A stretch of DNA of 64,000 nt from Mobula hypostoma (taxonomy: Eukaryota). The DNA lies in the NCBI RefSeq assembly GCF_963921235.1, contig NC_086097.1:142478001-142542000 (forward strand), written 5' to 3'. Of the stretch, positions 49,201 to 61,764 are shown one piece after another. The position numbers and the translations under genes were made by a program. The first letter of the stretch is position 1; each line of letters begins with the position of its first letter. Below the pieces are notes generated by a model. That model was not told the origin of the DNA. It saw only the letters and a program-made list of their open reading frames with translations, and did not search any database.

Positions 49201-52200
49201 GTCAAGGATTTTGAGTTCTGCATGGACAGCTCCGAGGACAGAAATATTAGAGCTGTAACAGAAACATGGCTGAGGAAGGGCGAGGCAGCCAGCTCAGTGT
49301 TCCAGTGTACAGATGTGACAGCCATGATAAAGGTGTAGGTAGGAAAAGGAGAATGAAAGAAGGCATAGCAGCCCTTAGGAAAGATATTCATGGGGGATCA
49401 TATGTGTAGAAGTTAGAAACAAGAAGGGGATGGTCACTCTGATATAATTGTATTATAGCCCTCCCACCCCAGTATTCAGTGGGAGTCGGAGGAGCAGATA
49501 TGAAGAGAGTGCTGCTAGTTAGGAAGTTATATTACAACAGGTGTTCACAACCGTGGACCCCTACCATTAACCAAGGGGTCCACGGACCCCAGATTTGGAA
49601 CCCATGCATTACAGTTATATAAGATATTGGCGAGGCTGCACATGGACTTTAGTGTGCAGTTTAGGTTGTCTTGTTATAGGAAAGACATTATCACAGTAGA
49701 AAGAGTGCAGAAAAGATTAACCAGGATGTTGCCTGGACTAGGGGGCCTGGGTTACAAGGAGGGGTTGTGTAGAGCAGGAGTGTATTCCCTGGAAAGCAGA
49801 GGAAGGGGAAAAGGGGGTGACGTGATATATGAAATCACAAGGGGCAAGGGTGAACGTATTTAACCTTTTTGTGGAAAATAGGTGCTAAAAGCAAGAGGAC
49901 ATAGCTTTAAATTCAGAAGCGAGAGATTCAAAGGGACATTAGGACAGTTTCCTCATGTTAAAGGGTGATGGTTATTTGAGCCGCCCGAAATAGCAATATT
50001 TAAAAGCCATTTAGATAAGTACATGGATAGGAGATGTTTAGAGGTCTATGGGCCAAACGCAGACAGATGGGACCAGCTTGTAGGGCAATACAGTCAGCTT
50101 GGATGAGTTGAGCAGAAAGGCACGTTTACATGCTGTAAAACTCGGTGACTCTATGTCTCTTTAGCAAGATTGAAAATGGCCATCTATGGCAGGTGCTGTA
50201 TTTCTCTTGCTGCCATGTTGGGGAACATCAGCCAGAAATCCATGACTTTATTACTCATAGCTGGAAAGTGGGGGATACATCAGGAGACCATAATGATGCT
50301 GCAATTGTGATGATCTTCAAGAGATGGACAAATCTAAAATGGGGCTTCCTTGCTGCCTGCTGTGGGCAGGGCTGGATTAACCTAGTTTCAAAAGTAGGAT
50401 ATGCTACAGGCCCTGCATTTTCGAGGGCCTCGCCCGCACTAAATGCTTGTAAACTGCAGTCTGATGAAATCAGCATCTCACCGTATTCTCACGACTGTTA
50501 GAGTGAGTTTTGGGTAGATGATTCATTTACACTTAAATAAATGACTTCAGCCATCAGTCTTCTGTTCTTTGACAAAGTACTGTGGATTGAGTGCATAACA
50601 ATGCATTTCCTAAAAGCTGTGAACCCAGTTTCATTTGTAACAATGCATCTCTGGCGCCTCTGAGACAAGAATGCTAAATTTACAGGTAGTTGCAAAGACA
50701 CCATATCTATGCTTTTTTGAATATGTATTGTCCTCTATGTTAGCATGTAACATAACAAATAATGCATTATGGACTTTAACTTGCATCCCTAAAGGCCACG
50801 AATGCCAGTTTAGGCATACTGGCGCGAGTAGAATGAATTTAATCAAAAGATATGAAAACTTCAAAGAATTGTCTACACTTGTAACTATGAACTGTCCTTT
50901 GTGTTTAGCAAATAAATATCGAGGCTCAAGCACAAGGTGGTTAGACCTGTTCTGCCAGGGGTCTCTGCCTGCTGTAACCTTGTTTTGTCGAATAAAGAAA
51001 CTACCTTTTACCTACCGGTAACGCAACACTCTGTGATTTCATCCACGCCACAACAACAACGATCTGGCAACGCTGTTGTTTTCATGTTGGGGGAGCTGCA
51101 TGCTGCATGGTGCAGTATGTGTGGGCAGGCGTGTGTTGGCTTCTTGCTGAGTCGTGGTATAAATGCTCATGCAAACCAAGGAAGGGGACATAAATCATAC
51201 CTATCTAAAACAACATGTGAGGAATTCATCAATCTGATTGGATCCAGCATACTGGATCACATTATCATATCAATGAAGTGAAGAAATACAAGTATTATTC
51301 TGTTTCATTGGATTCTACTCCAGATATATCTAATGTGGACCAGCTGACTTTGACTGTGTGCTATATTTTGCCGTCTGGACTAGTTGAAAGATTTGTGATG
51401 TTTTAGGATATGGAAGGTCATAGTGCTGAACAGCTCGCTCAAAGTTTACTTGACTTTTTAAAAGAAAATGACATTGATATAAAAGACTGCCATGGTCAAA
51501 GTTATGACAATGCCAGCAACATGAGTGGCAAGTATAGTGGCTTATAAACACGAATTAAAGAGCTGAATGAGTTTGCAGATTACATTCCATTACACTAAAT
51601 TTGGTTGGAGAATGTGCTGCTTAATGTTGTCAAGAAGCATTAATTTTCTTTCAATTTGTAGAAAGCCTGTACACGTTTTTTTCTGCTTCTACTTATCGGT
51701 GGGATCTCCTTTCTGCTGCATTATCTGATGGTGGTGCTCATTTGCCTATTGTGAAAAGAACACCAGTTACCAGGTGGTCAGCTCGTGCAGATGCAACTAA
51801 AGCACTTTTACACAGGTTTTCTGCAATAAAACAAGTCTTGGATGACATTTCAAATAACAATGATCAGAAGGCAGAGTGTTGACAACAGGCTCGTGGACTA
51901 CTTCCAACCATGATGAAGTTAGAAACAGGAATAATGGTCATATTGTGGGATCAAGCATTACAGTCTTTTCAAATGACCAGTGCTTCTTTGCAACCTTCTG
52001 GCCAAGACTCGGACACAGCTTGTGCACTCTATGAACCCTTGCATGGATATATTCAAGCTATGTTTTCAGACATTGAGCAAAAAGCCAAGGATCTGACTAA
52101 GTGTGAAGATTATCAACAGCAAACTCGAAGAAAACACAAGCAAAATTGCACGTATGATGATTTCAGTGGTTCCAGCACTCTTGATCCATTTGTTGAATCT

Positions 52201-55200
52201 CAGACACCTTCTCAGAAGTTTGAAAGCCGAACACTTCTTGCCATTATTGACAGCTTGCTTTCTGCCCTGTAAAAAGGCAGAAAGCTTACCTAAAGGTGAA
52301 TGGTGTTTTTGGATTCCTTCATCCGTTACAGTCATTTACACCTGAAGAGATCGTAAAGAGGTCATCAAATCTTAGTAAATCATATCCGGAAGATCTGGAA
52401 GAAAGTCTTAACGAAGAATTTGTGCAGTTTACTGAACTGTTGAAAACTGATCTTGCTTCTCATATTGGCGCCAAACAAGACCTTGTAGAGTTACAGTTGT
52501 ACTGTTTGATAACTGTAAATTCTTTGCAGTTATGTTTTCCAAATGTAGAAAATGCCTTGCGCATCTATTTGTCACTCATGGTTACCAACTGCAGTGGAGA
52601 ACACTCATTTTCAAAACTGAAAAGGATTAAAAATGAACCAAGGAGCACCATGGGTCAAAACAGATTGAACAATCTCACTCTAATGAGCATTGAACATGAA
52701 CTTCTGCATGTAATAGACATTTCCAGTATCAACAACAAATTTGCTCATGCTAAATCTAGAAAATCTAACTTTTAAATTATAGTTTTGTTACATTTGAAAT
52801 TGATACCTACATGTAAGTAATACTATTACTGAAATGTCAGACATCTGTCGTATTATCTGGCTGTATAGCAAATGAAAAAATTGAATTACTTTACTATGCA
52901 AGTAAAAAATTTATGTTTTAATACTTATGTGCATTTTAAAAATTTAGGGCCCCTTTATAACATATGCTACAGGCCCCTCACTAGCTTAATCCGGCCCTGG
53001 CTGTGGGGGAGCCCTCCTTGTCCACCTCTGTCCTGTGGCTCAAGGAACAGGCAGCCATGATCTTCACTGTGAAATAATGTCACCAGATCATTACCACCAT
53101 ACGGCCACCAGGTGGCACTACAGTCTGTGGTTTGAATATCATTCGGCATTAAATAAGACTTCCACACCACTGAATACATATTCAGATTTCCACCTCACGG
53201 GTTCACAGAAAGTTTGCAATTCAGGAGGCCATTTCTCCCATTGTGTTTTTCCTATCACATGAGGAGCTACCTAGCCTAATCCCATTTTCCAGCTTTTGAC
53301 CTATAATTCTGCAACTTTTCATGTATGCATTATGCTTACTATTGTTTACACTTTTCCATAGGTGCTGCCTGGCCTACTGAGTTTTCCAGCATTTTGAGTG
53401 TATTATTTTGATTTCCAGCATCTGCAGATTTTCTTTTGTTTGTGATGTATACATCCTGACATGTTTCAAATTTGGTGAGGGTTTCTGTATTTCCTGCCTT
53501 TCACGCAAGGAGTTCCAGACCTCCACCACCTTCCAGGTAAAATAATTTTACTACTTCTTCCCTCCAATCTTTTTACTAATTAGTTTAAATTTATTCCTCC
53601 TAGTTTCTCAATCCTCTGCCAAGGGAAACAAGAGTCCTTCTTATTTAATCTATCTTTACCTTTTAAGGCATCACAATTTAGTCTCGCCATAGCCTCATCT
53701 GTTTCAAAAAAAAATTGCCATTCTATCCATAAGACCATAAAAGACAGGAGCAGAACCAAGCCATTTGGCCCATTGAGTTTGCTCTGCCATTCCATCATGG
53801 CTGATGTATTTTTCCCTCAACGTCATTTTCCTGCCTTTGACACGCTTAGTAATCAAGACCCTCTTTAAATATACCCAATGACTTGGCCTCCACAGCTATC
53901 TGATAATTAATTCCACCCACAGATTCACAGAAATTCCTACTCATCTCCTACCCAGTGAGATTCCTCTTCATCCTCTGAACTCCATTGAGTATCGGCCCTC
54001 AAATGCTCCTCGTACGTTAACCCTTTCATCCTTGGAATCTTCCTCGGAAATCTCCAACGAAGCACGTCTTTCCTTAGATATGGGGCCCAAAACTGCTCAC
54101 AACATAGAATCTCAGCACCATATCCTTGTTTTTATATTTGAGCCTTCTTGAAATGTATGATCACATTGCATTTGCCTGTCTTATTACTAACTCAGCTTGC
54201 AAGTTAACCTTCAGGGAATCCTGCACCAGGACTCCAAAAACCTTTTCTCCTCCAAATTCTGAATTCTCTCCCCATTTGGAAAACAAGTCTGCACCTTTAT
54301 TCCTTCTACCAGAGTGCATGGCCATACACTTCCCTACGCTGTATTCCGTCTGCCACTTTGCCAATTTTTCTAACCAGTCCAAGTCGTTCTGCCGACTCCC
54401 TGCTTCTTCAGCCCTATTTGCCCCTCCACCTACTTTGATCGTCTGCAAACTTGGCCACAAAGCTGTCAATCCATCATCCAGATCACTAATACACGATGAG
54501 AAAACTTGATCCAGCACTGAGGTTCGTCTCCTTACAGGCCAACACTGACCCATGGGAACACCACTGGTTACCGGCAACCATCTAGAAAAGACCCTTTTGT
54601 TCTCACTCTTCGCTTTCTGCCAGTCAGCCAACCTTTCTATCCATGTTAGTACCTTTCTTTCAATACCATGAACTCCTATCTTATTTGTCTCATGTGTGGC
54701 AACTTGTCAAAGGCCTTCTGAAAATCCAATTAAGCAACATCCACTGATACTCCTTTGTCTATCCTGCCTGTTAAGAAAACACCCCTGACTTCTGCCTATT
54801 TCATCATATGCTTCCAAGTACCCCGAAACATCCTTAACAAAAATTGTTGCTGAAATCTTAATAAACAAGCACTAAAGTCCAGCTAGCTAGTTTATAATTT
54901 CCTGTCTCTTGCCTCCTTTCCTTCTTAAAAAGTAGAGTCACTTTTGTGATATTCAACACCACTGGAACCATAGCAACACACACAAAATGTTGGAGGAACT
55001 CGGCAGGTCAGGCAACATCGATGGAAGTGAACAAGCAGTTGATGTTTTGGGTTGAGACACTTCCTTAGGATGGGAAAGGAAGGGCGAAAACACCAGAATA
55101 AAAGGGTGGGGGGAGGGGAAGAAACCAGGTGGGTGGGAAAGGTTAGAGATTAGAACGGTTAAAGATTAGAAAGGCTGGAGATGAAGGAATCTGATAGAAG

Positions 55201-57003
55201 AGGAAAGTGGAGAAAGGGATGGAGGAGGGGCACCAGGGAAATGTGATAGGCAGGTGGAAGAGTTAAGGGGCCAGAGTCGGGAATAGAAGAAGAGGGGAGG
55301 GCAAGGGAAAAATTATTTTACCAGAAGGGGAAATCGATATTCATGCCATCCGGTCAGAGGCTGCTCAGACGGAATATGAGGTGTTGAACCTCTGGAACCG
55401 TTCCTGACTCTAGTGATTCATGAAAGAGCATTACTCATGCTTTACAATGGATTTAGTGATGTTCTCTCTAAGTTCTTTACAGCTACGCAGACCAACCATT
55501 GCCCTGAGCAGCTTGAAAGCCATGTGGCACTGTAATAAAACATTATAGAAAAGAAAGTTCCAGCTGCACAGCAACAAAGGCAATGTGTGTAGGAACATTT
55601 CTGTTACTGTACTGTGTGGCTGCGCACCCATGCAGCTTATATCGAACAGTGCACTTCAGCTATCTTTTTCAGCATCCTAGCCTGTCGTCCATTTTACTTC
55701 ATAACTAAATCGGTTTAAGGTGGCACTACTGAAGAACAGTGACAACTCATGGGCAGTTCCCTAAGCAGGAAATACAACTAAATACTTTATTAATAACACT
55801 TTTTCTGTATGAAATTATAGTAGATGATCACTGCAAACAATGAAGAGGAGAGCAAAGGTGAGGCTGACTCGAGGGTCAAGGCATGTGGTTTGGAGGAGAA
55901 GTGGTTGGAGTGAAGTTGAGACATGGTCGAGGTGAAAAAGCAGAGAAGAGTTGGAGTGGAGGAGTTTCGGATCTTGTCCACCTTAACTGAGAGTGAGGTT
56001 TGATTGATCTAGCGCCAGACTGATCTGGAAAGGTCGGGTGCGGGCTGCAACATGGTGGCAGGGTCCAGGCCCAGAGCATATCGATGCAACAGGGCCTGGG
56101 TCTTAGATCGAGGAAGGATCCAATGTATGTGCGATTTAAACGCTGGGCCAGATGGATTGGATTGAAAAGGCAGGGTGCTGGGCCTGGAGGCGAGGCTCAG
56201 GTTGGTTCCGCTTGCTGCTCTGCAATATTTGCTCGGCTCTTTGTGACACCGAGACTGAGGCGGTGGCTTCTGGGCCTCGTGTCTGCAAGCTCCAGGATGT
56301 TTGGCTCCACTGTGTGATGAACTAAGGCTGAGGCTGCTCCGGGCCTCATGTCTACCGACTCACCTTCATCCTTAATGCTGTAGCTCGCTCTTATTGCTTG
56401 CATGATTTGTATTTTTGTTTCTTTTTGGTTGTTTGATGGTCTATTTTTAAATGGGTTATTTTGGGTGTCTTGTTTTGTTGCTGTCTGGAAGGAGACGAAT
56501 CTCAAGGTTGTATGATGTACACGTACTTTGATAATAAATATACCTTGAACTTTGAAGTCCTCCTGTACTGCTCATTATCTCATAAATCTCTCCTGCACCC
56601 TCTCCGGTGTAGAAAACAGCCACAGGAGAGGTAAAACAATATGCCTTCTAAAATGGCTCAGGCCTTTACAGTGCCCAGCTGTTAAGTAATTTTAATCCTG
56701 TTATTTTATTGATATCTGCACTTATGTTAACATCAGTAATACTGTATATTTACAAAGTCACATGACAATAGCCTACTCCACATTCTATTCCTTATGTTCT
56801 TAATGTTTTTCTTCCTGCCCAGCCGGAGTGCACCCTGAGGACTCAAAGGCATTGTTACTGGCGAAGTCTATAGCAGACAGCGAGGGGATGGAGCTGGCTG
56901 GTGTGTACGCACACTGTGGGAATTCTTATGAAGCCACTGGAGTTGAAGAGATCCAGGCTGTGGCACAGGAAACCACAAGCGCCACTCTGAAGTTTGTGGA
57001 AAA
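34151..57003 (+). CDS. D-serine dehydratase-like (Dsd1/DSD family; fold-type III PLP enzyme with alanine-racemase-like barrel), 3'-partial: join(34151..34299,40030..40310,56823..57003,...)
   Basis: Spliced in frame to give about 203 aa: TPAFTVD...RPHMKTHKT (PLP-Lys45 motif), [48 protein letters not shown]. Collinear with chicken DSD as I recall it. GT-AG sites with matching phases. Confidence 0.9.
35668..37970 (-). mobile_element. CR1-type LINE relic, internally deleted, with a Penelope-derived piece at about 36267-36404
   Basis: [30 protein letters not shown] and endonuclease remnants. Confidence 0.8.
38351..39146 (-). mobile_element. Rex1/Babar-type LINE, 5'-truncated, with open RT C-terminus
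   Basis: ORF 38507..39262: [54 protein letters not shown]; tail AATAAAG(TATGAC)n. Confidence 0.88.
40030..40310 (+). CDS. D-serine dehydratase-like, second coding exon (281 nt)
   Basis: [38 protein letters not shown]...[13 protein letters not shown]; acceptor TTTCAG, donor GTGAAG. Confidence 0.92.
41452..41862 (+). mobile_element. V-SINE (dimeric V-domain) with LINE-derived tail
   Basis: GGTTCAATTC B-box; two TTTCCTCCCACAT-type V-domain segments. Confidence 0.6.
41905..43030 (-). mobile_element. Old CR1-type LINE relic
   Basis: [34 protein letters not shown]. Confidence 0.6.
43040..43268 (+). mobile_element. V-SINE
   Basis: GGGTTTTCTCCAGGCCCCCTGGTTTCCTCCCACAGTCTAAAG...GGTTAATTGGTCATTGTAAAT. 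Confidence 0.7.
43270..46110 (-). mobile_element. CR1-type LINE with nearly full ORF2 (endonuclease plus RT); best-preserved copy in the window
   Basis: ORFs 45280..46101 (273 aa) and 44068..45273 (401 aa) share a frame, split by two TGA stops; [38 protein letters not shown]. Confidence 0.93.
47393..47925. mobile_element. Non-autonomous Tc1-derived element
   Basis: TIR-like AGTGGTGACTTTATTAGGTACA at the left end and TACCTAACAAAGCAGCCA at the right; [16 protein letters not shown]-terminal transposase remnant. Confidence 0.65.
48482..48750 (-). mobile_element. RTE/RTE-X LINE 3' end
   Basis: [42 protein letters not shown]..; (ACTC)n tail. Confidence 0.7.
49000..50160 (+). mobile_element. Degenerate CR1-type LINE fragments with a small MITE-like insert at about 49538-49606
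   Basis: VTETWL remnant; [16 protein letters not shown]1 3' end. Confidence 0.6.
50367..52999 (+). mobile_element. hAT transposon (Tip100/ZMYM1-like transposase), both ends intact, coding region disrupted
   Basis: 20-bp TIRs CAGGGC(T/C)GGATTAA(C/G)CTAGT; perfect 8-bp TSD GCTGTGGG (50359-50366, 53000-53007); [62 protein letters not shown]. Confidence 0.93.
53728..55435 (-). mobile_element. CR1-type LINE relic with a Penelope-derived insertion
   Basis: [35 protein letters not shown]. Confidence 0.75.
54972..55387 (-). mobile_element. Penelope-like element 3' end (ORF C-terminus plus terminal repeat with degenerate hammerhead)
   Basis: [18 protein letters not shown] at 55325-55386; imperfect 14-bp TSD ACCACTGGAACCAT (54958-54971)/ACCTCTGGAACCGT (55388-55401). 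Confidence 0.75.
56823..57003 (+). CDS. D-serine dehydratase-like, third coding exon (181 nt)
   Basis: [59 protein letters not shown]; pyrimidine tract plus CCCAG acceptor, donor GTATGA. Confidence 0.92.
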
Positions 57004-59972
57004 GTATGAGTATTTGCTTTATATAATAATTTGCCTTGCATTCTGGCGATTTTGGAGGAAGAAAAGCAAAAGAGAATGCATCCATTTATCCAAGAGGTTA
57101 TCAGTAGCTAATTGGCTGCATTCTCTCCTCCTATTCAAACGATTGTGGGTTTAATATTACTGCAGAGACAAGCATGATATTTAGGCTGATAGACTCATGA
57201 TATAATGAGGGAATGCTGAATTGTTGTATGAAATGGTAGGCTCCTCCCTGAACTAACATGATCCTTTGACACCATTTTGAAGAAGATAGGGAGTATTAAC
57301 CTGGGGTGCTGGTGAATATTGATCTATCAATAAACCACAACAATAATAAATTAATTTCCCCATCATCACATTGCGCAAAAGAAATACTATATTTGCTACT
57401 TTCTAACAGTAACTGCATTTCAGAAGTACATCATTGGACGAAAAGTGTGTTGGGGCATTGTGGAGTTTGAAAGAATCTTTATCAATGTCTCACACAAAGG
57501 ATCAGGTTCAGAGCCAGTTAAAGGCCTTGTGCCATGATCTTCGTCTTGATGTGCTGATAAAAGACTCTATCTACCATTGTGACAAAAGTCGTTTCCAAAT
57601 CTCCAAGGAAGGATATTAAGTTTGAGTAGGACAAACTATAAAATCAGAAATATGCAAAATTAGGACATATTTTCAAGGATCTTGGTCATAGATCTCCTCT
57701 TGGTTCTTCAGATGGTCTTGCATTGACAGCTTTTTCTACAGTACTCCTTTTAGAACTGTGTGAATTAATCACGTGGCACTGGCAGATTTTTAACTCCTCA
57801 TTTAAGTGGTCATTCTTTAGTGTGGAAATCTAGACAGGGGATGCCTGGAGGGCTATTTGACACCATAAATAATAACAACTTGAATTCTTGTTTTGTTCTT
57901 GTTCAATGTCCACAAACACAAATTTTTGAACTTTGCTATTAGGATAAGAGTTGAAATTGAAGGTAAGAGGATATAAAGAGCTAGAGGCTTTTCTTCTGTG
58001 GGAACTCTTTAGATGCAATTTAGTTAACGTCTCCCTTCACTGACCCAGCCTGAAGGTTAGAGCTCCAGCTTTGTGCCATGGAGACATTTGAGACATTTTA
58101 AGAAAAGCTTCTGGTAATAACACATCCTTTGAACTCAACCCTATCAAACAGTGGGGAAGTGGGGGAGTGGAAAGGTTATTAAGGGATGATGAAGACTAGT
58201 AAAAAAGGCTTGTAGCAACCCTGGTAGATAATGGCTGCTTCCATAACATGAATTGTCAAGTGTTTAACAGCTTTTTGTGACACTTTCCTTTTGCCCCTTC
58301 TCCCACCCCTGCCTTCAGGGCTCTGACATGTAATCTTTTTTATAATTGCTTGCAGATACTAGAACCTTTAATTATTCTGCTTTTGATGTTGAAAATTCAG
58401 TTACTACAGGCTTCAAGCAGGAGGCACAGTCATGACTCAACACTGCTATGAGCTGTCATTGTTTGAAATTTTATTAATTCTGTATTGGCAGCAGAAGATT
58501 CGGGGAAATCAGAAAATATGCCTTTGTAAAGAACACCTTAACAAAGAGCACAGGCCAGCAAGACTATTTTAGATAATTTTAAATCACAAAATCATGAAAT
58601 AATTTTGCTTGTGAGGGGACATAATTCAGTTTCACAGAGAAATTCTTCTCGTTCCCATTCCCATTGGATTATGTCCCTTAGATGGATTCTTGCCTCCAGT
58701 ACGTTTGGACAACCCAATCTTATCTCTGTTATTCTACATAAAGAAGAATTTCTTACTGCTTATCCTAAAAATGCATTTAATGAATATGCAGTTGTTTCCA
58801 GCATTGATATACATTCACCGTTTTCTACATACACGTTTTCCATTCACTTAATTTTCTGTATTTCTCATTTTAAAATGAGCTCCCTGACATTTTGTTTCCA
58901 GAACATTAATTATAAATTTTTTCCAGGGCCACGGATAAAACATACATGATTCCAAATATTGCCTCAAAACCTTCTAAAACTTGCTAACATGTGAAATAAA
59001 CAACATTTAGCCTACTTCATTACTTCAATCATACAAAAGCCTGAACAAGACATTGTTGACTCATTCATCAAAGCACGCAAGAGGATAAGCCTTATGCTCA
59101 ATACCTGCGCGATCAAGGTGACAAACCAACCTTCCTCTGTTGTACCATGCTGTCCTCCGTCAAGAAAGATTCATGAGGGAAAGCACGAACCACTCCCCAA
59201 AGTTTGGGAGCCACCACAATGGTTATTTGTCTGCCTTTGTCTGTGTATTCTATTGTATCTCTTTGTTTTACTCTGAATTCCAGCAAGAAAATCAACCTCA
59301 AGGTAACATATGGTGATATATATGCACTTTGCTAATAAAATTAGTTTGAATTTTGAACCCTTTGGGTAGAGTTGATGATGAAATTCACTGCCTTCAAAGA
59401 ACCAGCAAGGACATTAGTTGATGGAAGCAAAATATACAGAATATATCTGATGATTAATACCCTGATGTGCTCCAAAACCTGTGGTCTACCAGGCAGCAGT
59501 GATCCTGTTCTCCCGTATACTGGGTTATCAAAAGCGGACTGTTCCAATGCTGCCTCTGTAAAATCCATCAAATTCTCTCGACGGATAAGAGAGTCAGTAT
59601 AATCTCACAGAATAACACTGCCAATGCTGAGGCCCTCAATACATTCTGCTGGCATGCCCAACAAGAGACTCCTGAAATAGACACTCCATTCCAAGCCCTG
59701 AATTGGAGGAGATAATCAGGTGGTCAGAGAAAAAAATTCAAGAATGTGCTCAAAGCTTCCTGAAAGAAATGCAACATACCTATAGTTGTTCCAGGGATTG
59801 TATCTCATCCCATTTTGTAATGCCTTCTTGGGAATTTTCTGTGGATTTACTTTTAGCTTTTATTCTTAATCCTTCTTGACCACACCAGCATAGCAGTCAG
59901 TGTTGCTACTTTACAGCACTAGGAATTGATCCTGACCTTGTGGACTGTCTGTGTCCCACCCATGATTTTGTG

Positions 59973-61764
59973 ACCTTGTGAACTGCCTCTGTCATTTTCC
60001 ACCTCCGATGTTTGCGCCACCCTGAGCAGGGTGAATATACGGAAGGCAGCTGGTCCGGCTGGAATACCTGGCCGTGTGCTCAGAGTCTGTGCAGAGCAGT
60101 TGGCCGGGGTCTTCACGGACATTTTCAATCTGTCCCTGGCCCAGGCAGTTGTCCCCACAAGCTTCAAGATTGTCACCAACGTGCCAGTGCCGAAGCATTC
60201 CACTGCCACGGGCCTGAATAACTTCTCGGTGAACGCAGCAGGCCAGGCAACATCTCTAGGAAGAGGTACTGAAGAGGTCTCGGCCTGAAACATCGACTGT
60301 ACCTCTTCCTAGAGATGCTGCCTGGCCTGCTGCGTTCATCAGCAACTTTGATGTGTGTTGCTTGAATTTCCAGCATCTGCAGAATTCCTGTTGTTCCTGA
60401 ATAACTTCTGTCTAGTTGCACTCACCCCCATCATTGCAAAGCGCTTTGAGAGACTGGTTCTATCTCATCTGAAATCCTGTCTGCCCACTACCCTGGACCC
60501 CCATCAATTTGTCTATTGCACCAACAAGTCAACAGAGGACACCATCTCCACGGCACTTCACTCTGCCCTGACCCACCTGGACAGCCCCAACTCTTACATC
60601 AGAATGCTGTTCATTGACTTTAGTTCGGCATTCAATACTGTGATCCCCTCCAAGCTGATCGCCAAACTTCGCCAGCTTGGTATCAGCTCATCCCTCTGCA
60701 ATTGGACCTTGGACTTTCTGACTAAGAGACCCCAATTTGTTAAGTTAGACAACCTCTCCTCCTCCACTCTCAACCTGAACACCGGCGTGTCCCAAGGCTG
60801 TGTGCTGAGCCCTCTTCTGTACTCCCTTTTTCACCTATGTCTGCGTTCCTGTACATGGTTCTAACTCCATAATCAAGTTCACAGACGACACCACGGTGGT
60901 TGGCCTGATCGGAGGGGATGACGAGATGGCCTGCAGGCCGAGGTCCAGCACCTGGCCGCGTGGTGTGCCAATAACAACCTGGCCCTTAACACCCAGAAGA
61001 CCGAGGAGATTATTGTGGACTTCAGGCATGCTAGGAGCCACACTCTTGTCCCCATCTACATCAACGGAGCTGTAGTGGAGCGTGTATCAAGCTTCAAATT
61101 CCTTGGTGTTCACATTTCCGATGATCTCACCTGGTCCCTGAACTACTCCATCCTGATCAAAAAGGCGCAACAGCACCTTTATTTCCTGCAGAGCATCAAG
61201 AAAGCTCACCTCTGTCCCAGGATACTGACGGACTTTTACTGCTGTACCATGGAGAGCACACTCACCAACTGCATCTCAGTGTGGTATGGCAATTGTCCCG
61301 TATCGGACTGCAAAGCACTCCAGCGGGTGTTGAAAACTGCCCAGAGGATTATCGGCACTCAATTGCCCACAATTGAGAACATCTACCATAAACACTGCCT
61401 GGGCAGGGCGAAAAGCATTATCAAGGATGCATCTCACCCTAACCATGGACTTTTTACTCTCCTCCCATCCGGTAGGCGCTACAGAAGCCTCCGCTCCCGC
61501 ACCAGCAGGCTCAGGAAGAGCTTCTTCCCTGAGGCTGTGACCCTGCTGAACCTCACATCACAGCGCTAAGCAGTATTGCATCCATATTGTACTGTCTCAG
61601 TACTTTTATATTTGTGTGCTGTAGCACTTACTTTTTATTCACAGTTATTTTGTAAATAATACTATTTTTTTGCACTTCTGGTCAGATGCTAATTGCATTT
61701 CATTGGCTTTGTATCTGTACTCAGCACAACGACAATAAAGTTGAATCTAATCTTATCTAATCTA
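59973..61764 (+). mobile_element. Rex1/Babar-type LINE (RT domain to 3' end) inserted in a V-SINE
   Basis: [65 protein letters not shown]; (TCTAA)n tail; 8-bp TSD ATTTTGTG at 59965-59972 and 61765-61772. Confidence 0.9.
60227..60395. mobile_element. 169-bp Penelope-derived hairpin insertion with a hammerhead-like motif in the loop
   Basis: Perfect 14-bp TSD CCTGAATAACTTCT (60213-60226, 60396-60409); about 41-bp inverted arms. Confidence 0.85.

Noticed and set aside
55455..55652. Small hAT-type MITE
   Set aside because: Putative TIRs are too degenerate and no TSD is visible.
34151..57003. Bacterial contamination or recent lateral transfer of the PLP enzyme
   Set aside because: The gene has spliceosomal introns filled with host TEs and resembles the vertebrate (chicken) enzyme.
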